64,000 bases of DNA from an uncultured Alphaproteobacteria bacterium (GCA_963804515.1 CAWDQR010000008.1:161098-225097); one strand, 5' to 3'. Counted from the stretch's first letter, positions 9,252 to 18,590 are shown. The notes: generated from the letters alone by a model not told the origin. A program made the numbers and translations.

Positions 9252-9440
9252 ATGCAGCGGTTTTTGATCACCTGTGCCGTAGGGCTAGGCCTGCTGTTCG
9301 GCGCGTTCGCTCCGATACCTGCTTCGGCATATTATTACCGTCACCACTATTACCATCATTACTATCCCTATTATCATCACCGGTATTACCACCCCTATTA
9401 CCATCACCGGTATTACGGTCACCGCTATTACCGGTATTAG
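9252..9440 (+). CDS. secreted His/Tyr-rich peptide
   Basis: RBS AAGGGAGG; 26-aa signal peptide ending ASA; 36-aa mature part YYYRHHYYHHYYPYYHHRYYHPYYHHRYYGHRYYRY. Confidence 0.8.
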   Translation: MQRFLITCAVGLGLLFGAFAPIPASAYYYRHHYYHHYYPYYHHRYYHPYYHHRYYGHRYYRY

Positions 9441-9610
9441 CTTCAGCGACTGCCAGCTCCGGCCAGCCGCAAGTTCGGCACTGCCCAACTTGAAAATTTG
9501 GGCAGCGATCAGCGCCTCGCCCGATCAAGTCCCCATTTTGGGGTTTGATCCGGGCTGGCGTTGGCGAAAGCGCTTCCGGCTCTCAGCGGTTTTCTGCGGC
9601 CCGCATCAGC

Positions 9611-10159
9611 TCAGTTTGAAAGCTGTCTCGGCAGAATGTCCCACTTATCTTCGAAGGGCATGGGATAGTTCCATCCAAAGCCGCTGGTGGGATCATTCGG
9701 ATGAGCAAGACGGGATTGTTGGAGTAGCGAGTTCAACTGCGGCTGGTCGAGAATAAAAAAGCGATCCTGTCCCCGGACATCTCCGACCCGAACTAGGATG
9801 TAGAACAGATTTAGGTGCTCCGGCTTCTGCTTAATCAGCCAAGCGTTGTTGGAGGAGAGGCCCTTCACGTCTACCCAAAATTGGAGACCAGTTTCGGGGA
9901 CGCCGACCATAAGGTCAGCCGTGGGTGTGTGATTACCCATCGTGAACGAGACCACATACGCTCTACGCACCAATTCAGAAGCGGCGAGGAATTGAGCAGC
10001 CCACTGCGTACGCTGCTGCCGTGCGGTCCGGGTCAGCACCGCGCGTCCTTCTGGATAAAACGACACCAACTTATCTATATCACAAGATAACATGGAGAAG
10101 CTTGGCGCTGCCCGGCGGAAGCGGCGGCGGGCTTTCGATGAGAGCGATATTCGCGTCAA
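9611..10159 (-). CDS. standalone PD-(D/E)XK nuclease-like protein (start uncertain)
   Basis: AQFLAASELVRR...TADLMV...WVDVKG gives the E...D...DxK pattern. Confidence 0.6.
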   Translation of the reverse strand: MTRISLSSKARRRFRRAAPSFSMLSCDIDKLVSFYPEGRAVLTRTARQQRTQWAAQFLAASELVRRAYVVSFTMGNHTPTADLMVGVPETGLQFWVDVKGLSSNNAWLIKQKPEHLNLFYILVRVGDVRGQDRFFILDQPQLNSLLQQSRLAHPNDPTSGFGWNYPMPFEDKWDILPRQLSN

Positions 10160-10372
10160 CTATGAACGGCTGATGGAGTGGAGCGTGATCGCCGCGCTCT
10201 TACCTGGGCATGGCTTTTGTGGCGTTTCCCAGCTTCGCTTCCATCTCTGGCGATAGACCTACGCGGAAGCGTATGGGCATTTCCGGTGACCGCTGCTCGA
10301 CTGGGATTTCATAGAACCGGAGATGTTCGAAGTGCCCGTTATCCATCGCAACCAGCACCAAGAGCTCCTCAG

Positions 10373-11523
10373 CTAGTGGATCAAATCTGACATTTGAACC
10401 CCGAAGAGGATTCCCACCGGATTCGACGCATGCGAGTCTGGCGCATGCGAACTGGAATTTCCATTACTCTCATGCCCGGGGATCGCCGCCGTCTGGAGGG
10501 GCTCGTACGGGATCGCAATGCGCCGCATAAGCATGTCTGGCGGGCCGCGATCGTGCTGTTGAGCACAGACGGCATCGGCACCAATGAGATCATGCGCCAG
10601 ACCGGTAAGTCGAAGACCTGTGTCTGGCGCTGGCAGGAACGCTTCATGCAGGAAGGTTACGACGGGCTCCTGCGCGATAAGACGCGACCCTCGCGCATCA
10701 AGCCGCTTGGGTCGGATATCGCCGCACGTGTGGTTGTACTCACTCAGACCGATCCGCCCGCCGAGGCGACCCACTGGACTGCCGCCATGATGGCAAAAGC
10801 GGTCGGTATCAGTGCGAGTTCGGTCCAACGCATCTGGCGTGCGCACGGTCTTCAGCCGCATCGGGTCCAGCACTTCAAGCTCTCCAACGACCCGAAGTTT
10901 ATCGACAAGCTGCGCGACGTCGTCGGGCTCTATGTCGATCCGCCCGCTCATGCCATCGTGCTTTCGGTCGATGAGAAGTCGCAAATCCAGGCGCTCGACC
11001 GCACCCAGCCGGGCCTACCGATGAAGAAGGGCCGTGCCAGCACGATGACCCATGACTACAAGCGCCACGGCACGACGACGCTGTTCGCTGCTCTTGACGT
11101 CCTCGAAGGCAAGGTTATCGGCCGATGCATGCAGCGCCATCGTCACCAGGAGTTCATCCGCTTCCTGAACGGTATTGAGGCGCAGGTGCCGGCCGGAAAG
11201 ATCGTGCACGTGATCCTCGACAACTATGCCGCCCACAAGCATCCGAAGGTGCGTCGATGGCTCGACCGGCATCCACGCTTCACCTTCCACTTCACGCCCA
11301 CCTCGTGCTCGTGGCTCAACGCTGTCGAAGGATTCTTCGCCAAACTCGCAAGCGGCGACTAAAGCGCGGCGTCTTCCGCTCAGTCGTCGATCTCCAGGCC
11401 GCTATCAACCGCTTCGTCGCGGAGACAAACAATGATCCCATCCCCTTCACCTGGACCGCAGACCCAGACAAAATCATTGCCGCCGTCAGGCGAGGACACC
11501 AAGTGTTAGATTCCATCCACTAG
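10373..11523 (+). mobile_element. IS630-family insertion sequence
   Basis: Imperfect TIRs CTAGTGGATCAAATCTGACA / rc CTAGTGGATGGAATCTAACA including the CTAG (TA) target; DDE transposase inside. Confidence 0.95.
10445..11523 (+). pseudogene. IS630 transposase with 1-nt frameshift near 11350
   Basis: SVDEKSQIQAL, YKRHGTTTLFAAL, ILDNYAAHKHP, SWLNAVEGFF; C-terminal KRRLKRGVF...VLDSIH* is in another frame. Confidence 0.9.
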
Positions 11524-12411
11524 CGTCAACATGTTGTGCAGCTCAGTGTCCATGTCGTGAATGATCGAGCTTTCCGAGTCGCCGGTGAGCTGCCATGTCG
11601 GTGGGATATAACCTTCCGGAAATACTCGAATGTTGAGCACCGTCAGTTCCCCGGAATATCCGTCGTGATGTTCGACCGCATTTCTCATTCGCACCAGCTG
11701 GCCAACCCATTCCTGTTCGGTCTTCAGCAGCTCCGATATCGCGTGATCTGGCCCAAGCGTCGCGAGGGCCCCACTTGAGGAGATCACTGTCACCCTTGGC
11801 TTTAAGATCGGCAAACGCGCTTGCTTCCTTCAACGGGCAGCCGTAGACGGTTTCAAACAGGATCAGCAAATCGCGTAGGTAGTTTTTGGCTTGGTACAGG
11901 AAGTCCTCGACTGCTTCCTGCAAACCAATTACATGCGGCGCGTTCCGGGAGCGCGCCTTGTCGTGCGGCTCATGTTCCCGCAGCCCTTCCTTCACCTTCG
12001 CGACCAGATCATCTCGTATTTTATGACATCGCAGGAGCCGAGACGTGAGCTTATGGACGTAGAGCGCGCCGATCGCGTCCTTGGCTCCTTTCTCCACGTT
12101 CATCCACTTTAGCACCTCGGCCGTTTGCGCGGCTAGACGGGGCCACAACGGGATGGTTGCTCCCAACGTCCGAGATTTTTCGAAATTCGAACGGCATGAC
12201 TGTCAACTCATGAGGCTGGTCGTGGGACACCGCCAGAAACTACGACCATCTGCTCGCGATGGCAGCCCCTTTTTGCGTCTTCATGCGGATGGTGACCGGC
12301 GTCAGGGTCCTCCGCAGGCCTGCATCATTTGCGGGGGGCGCTGCCTCCCGGAATATCGCTCGCTGCAAAAATGGCTGGCAGGGTGAACGCTGGGTAAAGA
12401 TTGGAGACAAA

Positions 12412-12606
12412 ATGGCTGACACCGAAGACCCAATCCAGCAGGCCGCCGACGCAGCAATCAAAAAGTGGGCTGATAGGTCCGATCGGCGCAATTGGAGCAC
12501 CGTCCGGGCACAATGGCCGAGCGGGTCGCAAGCGAGCTTACACGCATCGACGGCGATCCGAAAGTTGTTGCAGAGGCGCGAGGAGATCGACGAAGGGGAG
12601 TTTTAA
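12412..12606 (+). CDS. small hypothetical protein
   Basis: GGAGA RBS before ATG 12412; 64 aa; no recognisable motif. Confidence 0.4.
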   Translation: MADTEDPIQQAADAAIKKWADRSDRRNWSTVRAQWPSGSQASLHASTAIRKLLQRREEIDEGEF

Positions 12607-12669
12607 TCCCGGCTGACCGCGCGGCTCTCATCGGCTTGCCACGGTGCTACAGGCGCTTAGACTGATCGC

Positions 12670-12770
12670 ATGGGCAAAAAGATCACCGCTGCCGAGCTTC
12701 AAAAGCTGATCGGCGTGAACAAGGTCAGCTCGCCGATCTAGCCAAGCGCGGCATCGTCGAGAGTGAGTGG
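12670..12770 (+). pseudogene. possible relic of a phage small terminase-like HTH protein
   Basis: MGKKITAAELQKLIGVNKV then, frameshifted, LADLAKRGIVE; resemblance from memory only. Confidence 0.25.
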
Positions 12771-12943
12771 GCTTGAGGAACACCTAATTGAGCGCAGAGA
12801 GCCGTGGCACAAGCGAGCCAGTTCATCGAAACTACGACGCGATGGGACTCCCTCCTGCTCAGGGTGCTGATCGTGCGCTTGCGCATTTGGCTCGTGAAGC
12901 GGAAGCTCAATCTCGCTGGGTGGCTTGAGACGAGGCAGCCTCG

Positions 12944-13171
12944 ATGAGCGCAGGCGACCTCCACCTCGAAGTGCAGGGACGCGATATCATCGTCACCCTC
13001 CCTGGCACGAACTTCATGGTGACGTATTTCAAACCTGTAGGCACGTTACATCTCATTGCGAGGCCTAACTGGACCAATGATCCCGATGCCTCGATTGAGC
13101 TTGGAGAGTTTCTCGAACAAGCTTTGACAGCCGCCAACACCAAGGCGCGCGAGCTGGGGTGGATCGTGTAG
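12944..13171 (+). CDS. small hypothetical protein, 'AANxKARELGW' family copy 1
   Basis: 75 aa, LHLEVQGRDIIVTLPGT...AANTKARELGWIV; paralog of 13710-13943. Confidence 0.75.
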   Translation: MSAGDLHLEVQGRDIIVTLPGTNFMVTYFKPVGTLHLIARPNWTNDPDASIELGEFLEQALTAANTKARELGWIV

Positions 13172-13284
13172 GCCCGCGCGAAGTTTGGCTCAAAATGAGA
13201 TTAGGAAGTTTGCGTTATACTCAAGCTGTACTTAGGTTCGGACCGCCATCGCCAAAGGAGATAAGGGGGAGCCGAGACGAGTAG

Positions 13285-13653
13285 ATGCGCCCAAGCATAT
13301 TGCTCGCCCTGATGACCGTCTCCTGTTGGAGCACGCCCTGCACGATTGCGGCGGCGCAAACGCAGTGCATTTTCGTCTCCGGTACGGACGACGCCGTAGA
13401 TAAGAACCGTGCCGTCGCAAAGTCGCTCAAGTCGTTGCGCGCGGAGATCGACGAGTGGAAAGCGAAGAACGGCGTAACCGGTCCAGTGACGGAAACGGCG
13501 GAGAAGCCGCAGCCACGTCCCTTTTGGCGAAGATCGGTTCCATCTTATGCGTTACTTCCACCCGATGTCGTGAGCGACTCTGCCTATACAACTTGCTGGA
13601 CGGGCGTGGTATCGCCGGTGGTCTGCGCCTCCGGCGCACGGCTGTGCTGGTGA
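13285..13653 (+). CDS. secreted Cys-containing hypothetical protein
   Basis: Signal peptide; C-terminal TCWTGVVSPVVCASGARLCW. Confidence 0.7.
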   Translation: MRPSILLALMTVSCWSTPCTIAAAQTQCIFVSGTDDAVDKNRAVAKSLKSLRAEIDEWKAKNGVTGPVTETAEKPQPRPFWRRSVPSYALLPPDVVSDSAYTTCWTGVVSPVVCASGARLCW

Positions 13654-13709
13654 GTGGGTGGGACGGATGTGCCACCTTACACGGGGGGCTGGGCGCTAAA
13701 GAAAACGGG

Positions 13710-13943
13710 ATGATCGACCGGGATAACCTTCACGTCGAAGTCAGTGGCGGTGAAATCGTCATCACTCTACCGGGCACAAGCTACCGGGCGGTCTATCACA
13801 AGCCTGCCGACAAGCCGGGGCTGATAGCCACGTCTCGTTCCGGTCGGTGGGAGCAGGGCACTCCGATGACGCAAGCAGAGTTTAACGCTCGCGCTTGGCA
13901 GGCAGCCAACGACAAGGCGCGCGAGCTGGGGTGGTTTGTGTAG
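13710..13943 (+). CDS. small hypothetical protein, 'AANxKARELGW' family copy 2
   Basis: 77 aa, LHVEVSGGEIVITLPGT...AANDKARELGWFV. Confidence 0.75.
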   Translation: MIDRDNLHVEVSGGEIVITLPGTSYRAVYHKPADKPGLIATSRSGRWEQGTPMTQAEFNARAWQAANDKARELGWFV

Positions 13944-14083
13944 GGGGAGCGGCGGGGGCGCGCCATCCAAGGAAGGCGGGCATCACAGCTAAGTAACTAA
14001 AATGTCAAACTAAGTGCCGCTCTTGGGTGTTAGAGAAATAGGGGGCAAACCCCTACAAACCCCATCCCCCAAGGAGAAAAACG

Positions 14084-14362
14084 ATGGTTAGAAGTTACGT
14101 CACATCCGCCTTTGCAGGCGCGCTCTTACTAGGTCTAGGCACGGCGGCTCTGGCAGCTACCGGAGAGTTCGACAACATGTGCACGGAGGGTCTTGCCCTG
14201 CACAAGGACATCAACACGGACTGCTCGGTCAACACGAGCATTGGTGGCAAGACCTACTGCTTCGGCAGCGAGGCGGCCAAGACCGAGTTTATGAAGGACC
14301 CCAACGGCAATATGGCGAAGGCGCAGGAGTATTATTCCAGCACACATAAAAAAAAGATGTAG
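14084..14362 (+). CDS. secreted YHS-like domain protein
   Basis: RBS AAGGAG; signal peptide; GKTYCFGSEAAKTEFMKDP resembles YHS. Confidence 0.75.
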   Translation: MVRSYVTSAFAGALLLGLGTAALAATGEFDNMCTEGLALHKDINTDCSVNTSIGGKTYCFGSEAAKTEFMKDPNGNMAKAQEYYSSTHKKKM

Positions 14363-14387
14363 GCTGGCAGGTCATCACGAAGCCAAC

Positions 14388-14417
14388 AAGGCCCTCCATC
14401 GAAAGGCGGAGGGCCTT
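14388..14417. terminator. hairpin terminator
   Basis: AAGGCCCTCC...GGAGGGCCTT just after the YHS-like gene. Confidence 0.65.
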
Positions 14418-14611
14418 CGTGCGCCTGCTCGACACACTCGCGGTCTGTTGTAGACTCGGCGCATGACCGGCTTGGTTGCGGGGGCTCGCAACCGCCTTGA
14501 TTTGCAGCTGCTCGAGTTGTTCAAGACGGCGATCATGGCATATAGCGAAGGCGCTTAGAGTAAGGGGTCACGTTTTGATATAGGACATCTCGTCCTCGTC
14601 GGAGGCAAACC

Positions 14612-14896
14612 ATGAAAAGCATTCTGTGCGTATCGCTATTGATCCTGCTGATGCCGAGCAGCGCTTACGCCGAATTGCCGGGGGACAGCGCCGACGGGAA
14701 GCGCTTGCATGACGCTAACTGCATGGGATGCCACGATACTGGTATCTACACCCGCAAGGACCGACTCGTTCGGTCTTTGGATGCGCTGAAAAAGCAGTTG
14801 GGCGGCTGCAGTCATATGGTAAAAAAAGAATTCTCCGCGATTGAAACGCAGAACATCATCAAGTACCTGAACGATCAGTTTTATCAATTCCGCTAG
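14612..14896 (+). CDS. small monoheme c-type cytochrome
   Basis: Signal peptide; CMGCH heme motif (C37-H41); distal C66-S-H-M69. Confidence 0.85.
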   Translation: MKSILCVSLLILLMPSSAYAELPGDSADGKRLHDANCMGCHDTGIYTRKDRLVRSLDALKKQLGGCSHMVKKEFSAIETQNIIKYLNDQFYQFR

Positions 14897-15072
14897 GCGT
14901 GCAGGCCAAGTTGGGCCACCCCTTTCCGCAGATTGATTAGAAGCCAGCTCATGCCGCTTCGTCAGGCAGCTTCAGCTTCGCCAGCGCATGGCGTGGATCA
15001 AGCCGGGGATCTCCTTACCATTGGCGTGCACTGCCGCCAACACCAGCGTCCGGCGGTCTTAGCTGTCGGGCT

Positions 15073-15330
15073 TCAGCGATAGCCACTCCAAGAATACTTT
15101 TCCCACCCGGAAGCGCCTCCATACCATCGCGGACAACTGCACCCCCACCACCAGAGGATGCAGTTGGTTCTGGCTACGCAGACACCATTAACTCGTACCC
15201 TGCCCAAACCGCATCCCATACGGACTTGCGTGATTACACGGTCCGGCTGATGAAGTGGCGCAAGCGTCATTGCCTGTGCCGACGTTGCGACAGCTAAGGC
15301 GAAGGCAGCAACAGCAATCAACCTAATCAT
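15073..15330 (-). CDS. secreted Cys/Trp-rich small protein
   Basis: MIRLIAVAAFALAVATSAQA signal; MGCGLGRVRVNGVCVART; tail CILWWWGCSCPRW. Confidence 0.6.
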   Translation of the reverse strand: MIRLIAVAAFALAVATSAQAMTLAPLHQPDRVITQVRMGCGLGRVRVNGVCVARTNCILWWWGCSCPRWYGGASGWEKYSWSGYR

Positions 15331-15622
15331 TTCATCTCTTCCTTTGTGAACCTTCAAACCAATGAATGATGCCTTTTTCAACTCAGCAATCCTTGACTTA
15401 GCGCAACAATGCCCGCTGTGGGCAAAAGTTGTGGAACGCATATTTGGATTTGTTTTGCGCTATCAAGGTCTTACGCTGACCGCATGAAAGGGACGCCAGA
15501 GCCGAGGGGACGGTGGACGGCGTTGAGCACGGGCAATGTTTCAAAGAGTAACATCGGCATGGTGCCGTGGCATTACCGGGACAAACTCGACGGGGAAGTT
15601 GAGGAATTGGATTGATCCACAA

Positions 15623-15997
15623 ATGAAACTTAATCAGTCAGGAGGCTTGCCTTTGCATCTCCGGAACGTGCTGTCTGTCATCAAACATATCCTCACCATC
15701 GCTGCCGTCACCCTCACCACGGGTAACGTAACTTATGCATCTCATCAGCATTCCGGTGCCGAGTGTTACCTCAAGGGCCACCGAATATATGTTCCTGATG
15801 GTTTAAGTTATCGTCGTCAGTTGTGGACCAGTTGGGGGATATCTTGTCGAACACCAAAACCGGAGATAGCAGCGGGGGGAGCAACAGCAGCGGAGTCAGG
15901 AGAGCGACCCGTAGAGTGGTGTGGCTGGTGGATGCGGCAACATCTCGGAGGGCACTACGGTCCTGAGTTCAATGTGGCTAGCAACTGGCTGAACGTT
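15623..15997 (+). pseudogene. truncated secreted protein with WCGWWMR motif (CHAP/amidase-like, tentative)
   Basis: EWCGWWMRQHLGGHYGPEFNVASNWLNVGRP, then an abrupt junction into DUF499-like sequence. Confidence 0.4.
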
Positions 15998-16020
15998 GGT
16001 CGTCCGCTTTTCGTGAAGAG

Positions 16021-17169
16021 ATGCTCGCTAGTTGGACGGAGCAGGCGCGCAAACGCATCCCCGACGCAATCCGGCAAGCTTGGTCAATCGTTATCACCGT
16101 GAACGAGCAGAACGATATTCGCGCCTTCAAGATTACGGTTGGCGCGGACCCGCTCTTCCTAACCGTGAAGGGAGACAAGCGCTCCCGAATTCAGGATACC
16201 GCAATTAGTGCCGAAGCGATGCTGCCCGGCGGCCCGTATGATCTCTGGCGTAAGGATGAACCGTCGCGGCGCGTGAAGGACCTCGTCAGTGCGTTCGCCG
16301 AAAATCCCAAACTCCCGAAGATGTTGCGGCAGAAGGAGATTCTCGACACCGTCGATCAAGGCGTTCGCGACGGCATATTCGTCGCGTCGCTGAAGCGTCC
16401 CGATAAGTCGGTCAAGACCTTTTGGCGCACTTCGCTCGACGAAAGCTCGCGCGCCGAGCCGGCCCTCGAGGTCTTCCTTCCTGAGAGAGCGACCTTGTCG
16501 AATTGCACCCAGGTTCGCTTTCGCCCTGCGTGCTGCCCGAATTCTGGAAGGGGGACACGATCACTGTTGCTGATGCGATCAGCTTCTTTGCTGCCAGCCA
16601 CATCGTCATGGTCAAGCGAGACGGGTATGACGAACCGGTCGTGACTCCGGTTTGTCCCGCTGCTGCGGTTGAGGCGGCCGTCGGCGATGCGGTTCGCCAA
16701 GGACTTCTTTGGCTTTTGAACGGTCCAGCGAGCTTTCAGGGTGAGCCTGTGCCCGCTGGGGTGCTCACGGCAAGTGCACAGCTGCGGGCGCCAATGGCCC
16801 CGCTTCAAGTCGACCAGCTCATGCAGGACTCGGTGCCGGAGGCGTGGAAGGATAAGCAAACAACTGCCCTTGCCCTGTCGGTGGCTCTTTCCACTAAGAC
16901 CGGCCAACCGGTTCCATGGACAGTACTGCGGCGCGCCAGCAGTAACAAAGCCGAAAGGTGCCTATACATCGTCAGCGGCGCTAAAAGCATCCGCACTACA
17001 AGACTTGGTCGACGTCCTGCCGGACATCATCAAAGTGGCTGCCGGAGTGCCGCTGCAATTTCAGCTGTGCGTCACCTTGGGAGATGGTCAGGAGATTGCC
17101 TCTGAAACGGTCGCGGCCATAAACAAGCTATTAGAGGAAGTGAGTTCTGATCTTCTACTAATCACGTAA
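16021..17169 (+). pseudogene. C-terminal remnant of a DUF499-type ATPase
   Basis: Three overlapping frames give one continuous protein (GGPYDLWR..E.SRRVKDL..AFA..PKLPKML...); no N-terminus or Walker A; family recognised from memory. Confidence 0.6.
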
Positions 17170-17432
17170 AGCCTGGCAAAAATCTGGTCGCGAGCTTCGA
17201 TTTCAGGATAGGGCGAATCCAGAACCAGTAGATCGCACTGCACGCCGACTTAACCGGACCGCCGAATTGGCGGACGGAGAATTCCACGAACAAAAGGGGC
17301 TCACGTCCCGCTGGAGACGCTCTCTCCAACGAGTTGGCGAAGAGGGACTGGCCCCTAACTGCGCGAAACGCCGGGAGGTTTTGACCCAAACTCGCGCGCA
17401 ATCAAATTTGGCCCGCAGAAACAGCGACTTGT

Positions 17433-17463
17433 TGGCGGAGCAAGTGGGATTCGAACTCGCGGT
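17433..17463 (-). repeat. degenerate copy of the tRNA-Ser 3' end (att relic)
   Basis: TGGCGGAGcaaGTGGGATTCGAACtCgCGGT versus tRNA TGGCGGAGaggGTGGGATTCGAACcCaCGGT; same orientation as the tRNA. Confidence 0.8.
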
Positions 17464-17825
17464 CCGGTCGAAGAATCTTTGGCTTTGAAAACGCGATAGA
17501 ATTTGGCGCTTCAGTTGCCAAATTAGGCCCCAGAGAAAATTTCCCGCCCAAGGTGCTGTCTACCTGTTGTTCACCTGTCTCAGCGATGCAGTTGGTTTGA
17601 GCGTTCAGGCGTCACGCCCTTGGCGCTCGAGAAAGCTGACTCGATGCTCACCAACTCTCGCACATTCAACTGGACTTTTATGGCGAAGGAAGCGTTCATG
17701 CTGACGTTGTTGGTGGCCTAGAAGGCATCGCGCCAACGGCCGAGAGAGTGCCTCGCCTGGTGCGGGGCTTTGGGTGGTGGGAGCACCGCGCATGAGGCGC
17801 GGTTGCCCAAGCGGAGGACCACCCG

Positions 17826-18590
17826 ATGGCCAAATCCAACCCTGTTGACGAGACGAGAATTGCGGATCCGGTCGAGCGGACCAAGCGCCAGCGTCACTCG
17901 AATGCAAAGAAGGTGGCCGGAACAGCGAAGGCGCAGAAACAGCAACGCCGTAGGAAGAGTGCCGTTGGCACTCGCAGCGGTGCCAAACCTGCAACCGGGA
18001 AACAGACCAAACAACAGACCTGCCTCGACCTGCTCAGCCGCCGAGAAGGTGCGACGATTGAGGAGCTGCAAGAGGCCACCGGCTGGCAGAAACACAGCGT
18101 GCGCGGCTTCCTGGCCGGAGCGGTCAGAAAGAAGCTCGGCCTCACACTCGTATCGGAGAAGCCCGATGCGGGGCCCCGCCGCTATCGAAGCCAGCCACCA
18201 CGGCTCAGCCGGGACCTGCTCATTCGCGCAATCGCCTACCGTATCCAGGAGATTCGCTATGGTGGGCTCAGCAAGGCGACCAGACGGAAGCTCGCCGCGC
18301 TCGTGAATGCGCCGCCGGGAAAGATAGCGCCCCAGACCGTCCAGAAGATCAGCCCAGGGGCGCGGCTGGTGCGCGAATGGAACGGCCGTACGCACCCCGT
18401 CACGGTTAAGGAGGAAGGCTTCACGTATGCCGGAAGGAGCTACCGCTCGCTGACAGCAATCGCCTGCGAGATCACTGGGGCGCATTGGTCGGGCCCGCGT
18501 TTCTTCGGACTGGCGAGACGACCAATAGGCCAGCGCCTCGCGCCCTCGTCCGCTGGAGGGGGCCCGGAAAGGGGCGTTTCGGATGCCTAG
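17826..18590 (+). CDS. DUF3489-DUF2924 in-frame fusion
   Basis: TKQQTCLDLLSRREGATIEEL..ATGWQKHSVRGFLAG (DUF3489) joined to SRDLLIRAIAYRIQE...LVREWNG...SLTAIA.EITG.HWSGPRFFGL (DUF2924). Confidence 0.85.
   Translation: MAKSNPVDETRIADPVERTKRQRHSNAKKVAGTAKAQKQQRRRKSAVGTRSGAKPATGKQTKQQTCLDLLSRREGATIEELQEATGWQKHSVRGFLAGAVRKKLGLTLVSEKPDAGPRRYRSQPPRLSRDLLIRAIAYRIQEIRYGGLSKATRRKLAALVNAPPGKIAPQTVQKISPGARLVREWNGRTHPVTVKEEGFTYAGRSYRSLTAIACEITGAHWSGPRFFGLARRPIGQRLAPSSAGGGPERGVSDA

Larger units (their letters stand above)
10200..12197 (-). pseudogene. HEPN-motif protein interrupted by IS630 and two frameshifts
   Basis: MPFEFRKISDVGSNHPVVA/RLAAQ...FLYQAKNYLRDL...MRNAVEH (Rx4H)...HNMLTL|AEELLVL...MPR*; the frame rejoins exactly across the CTAG target. 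Confidence 0.7.
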
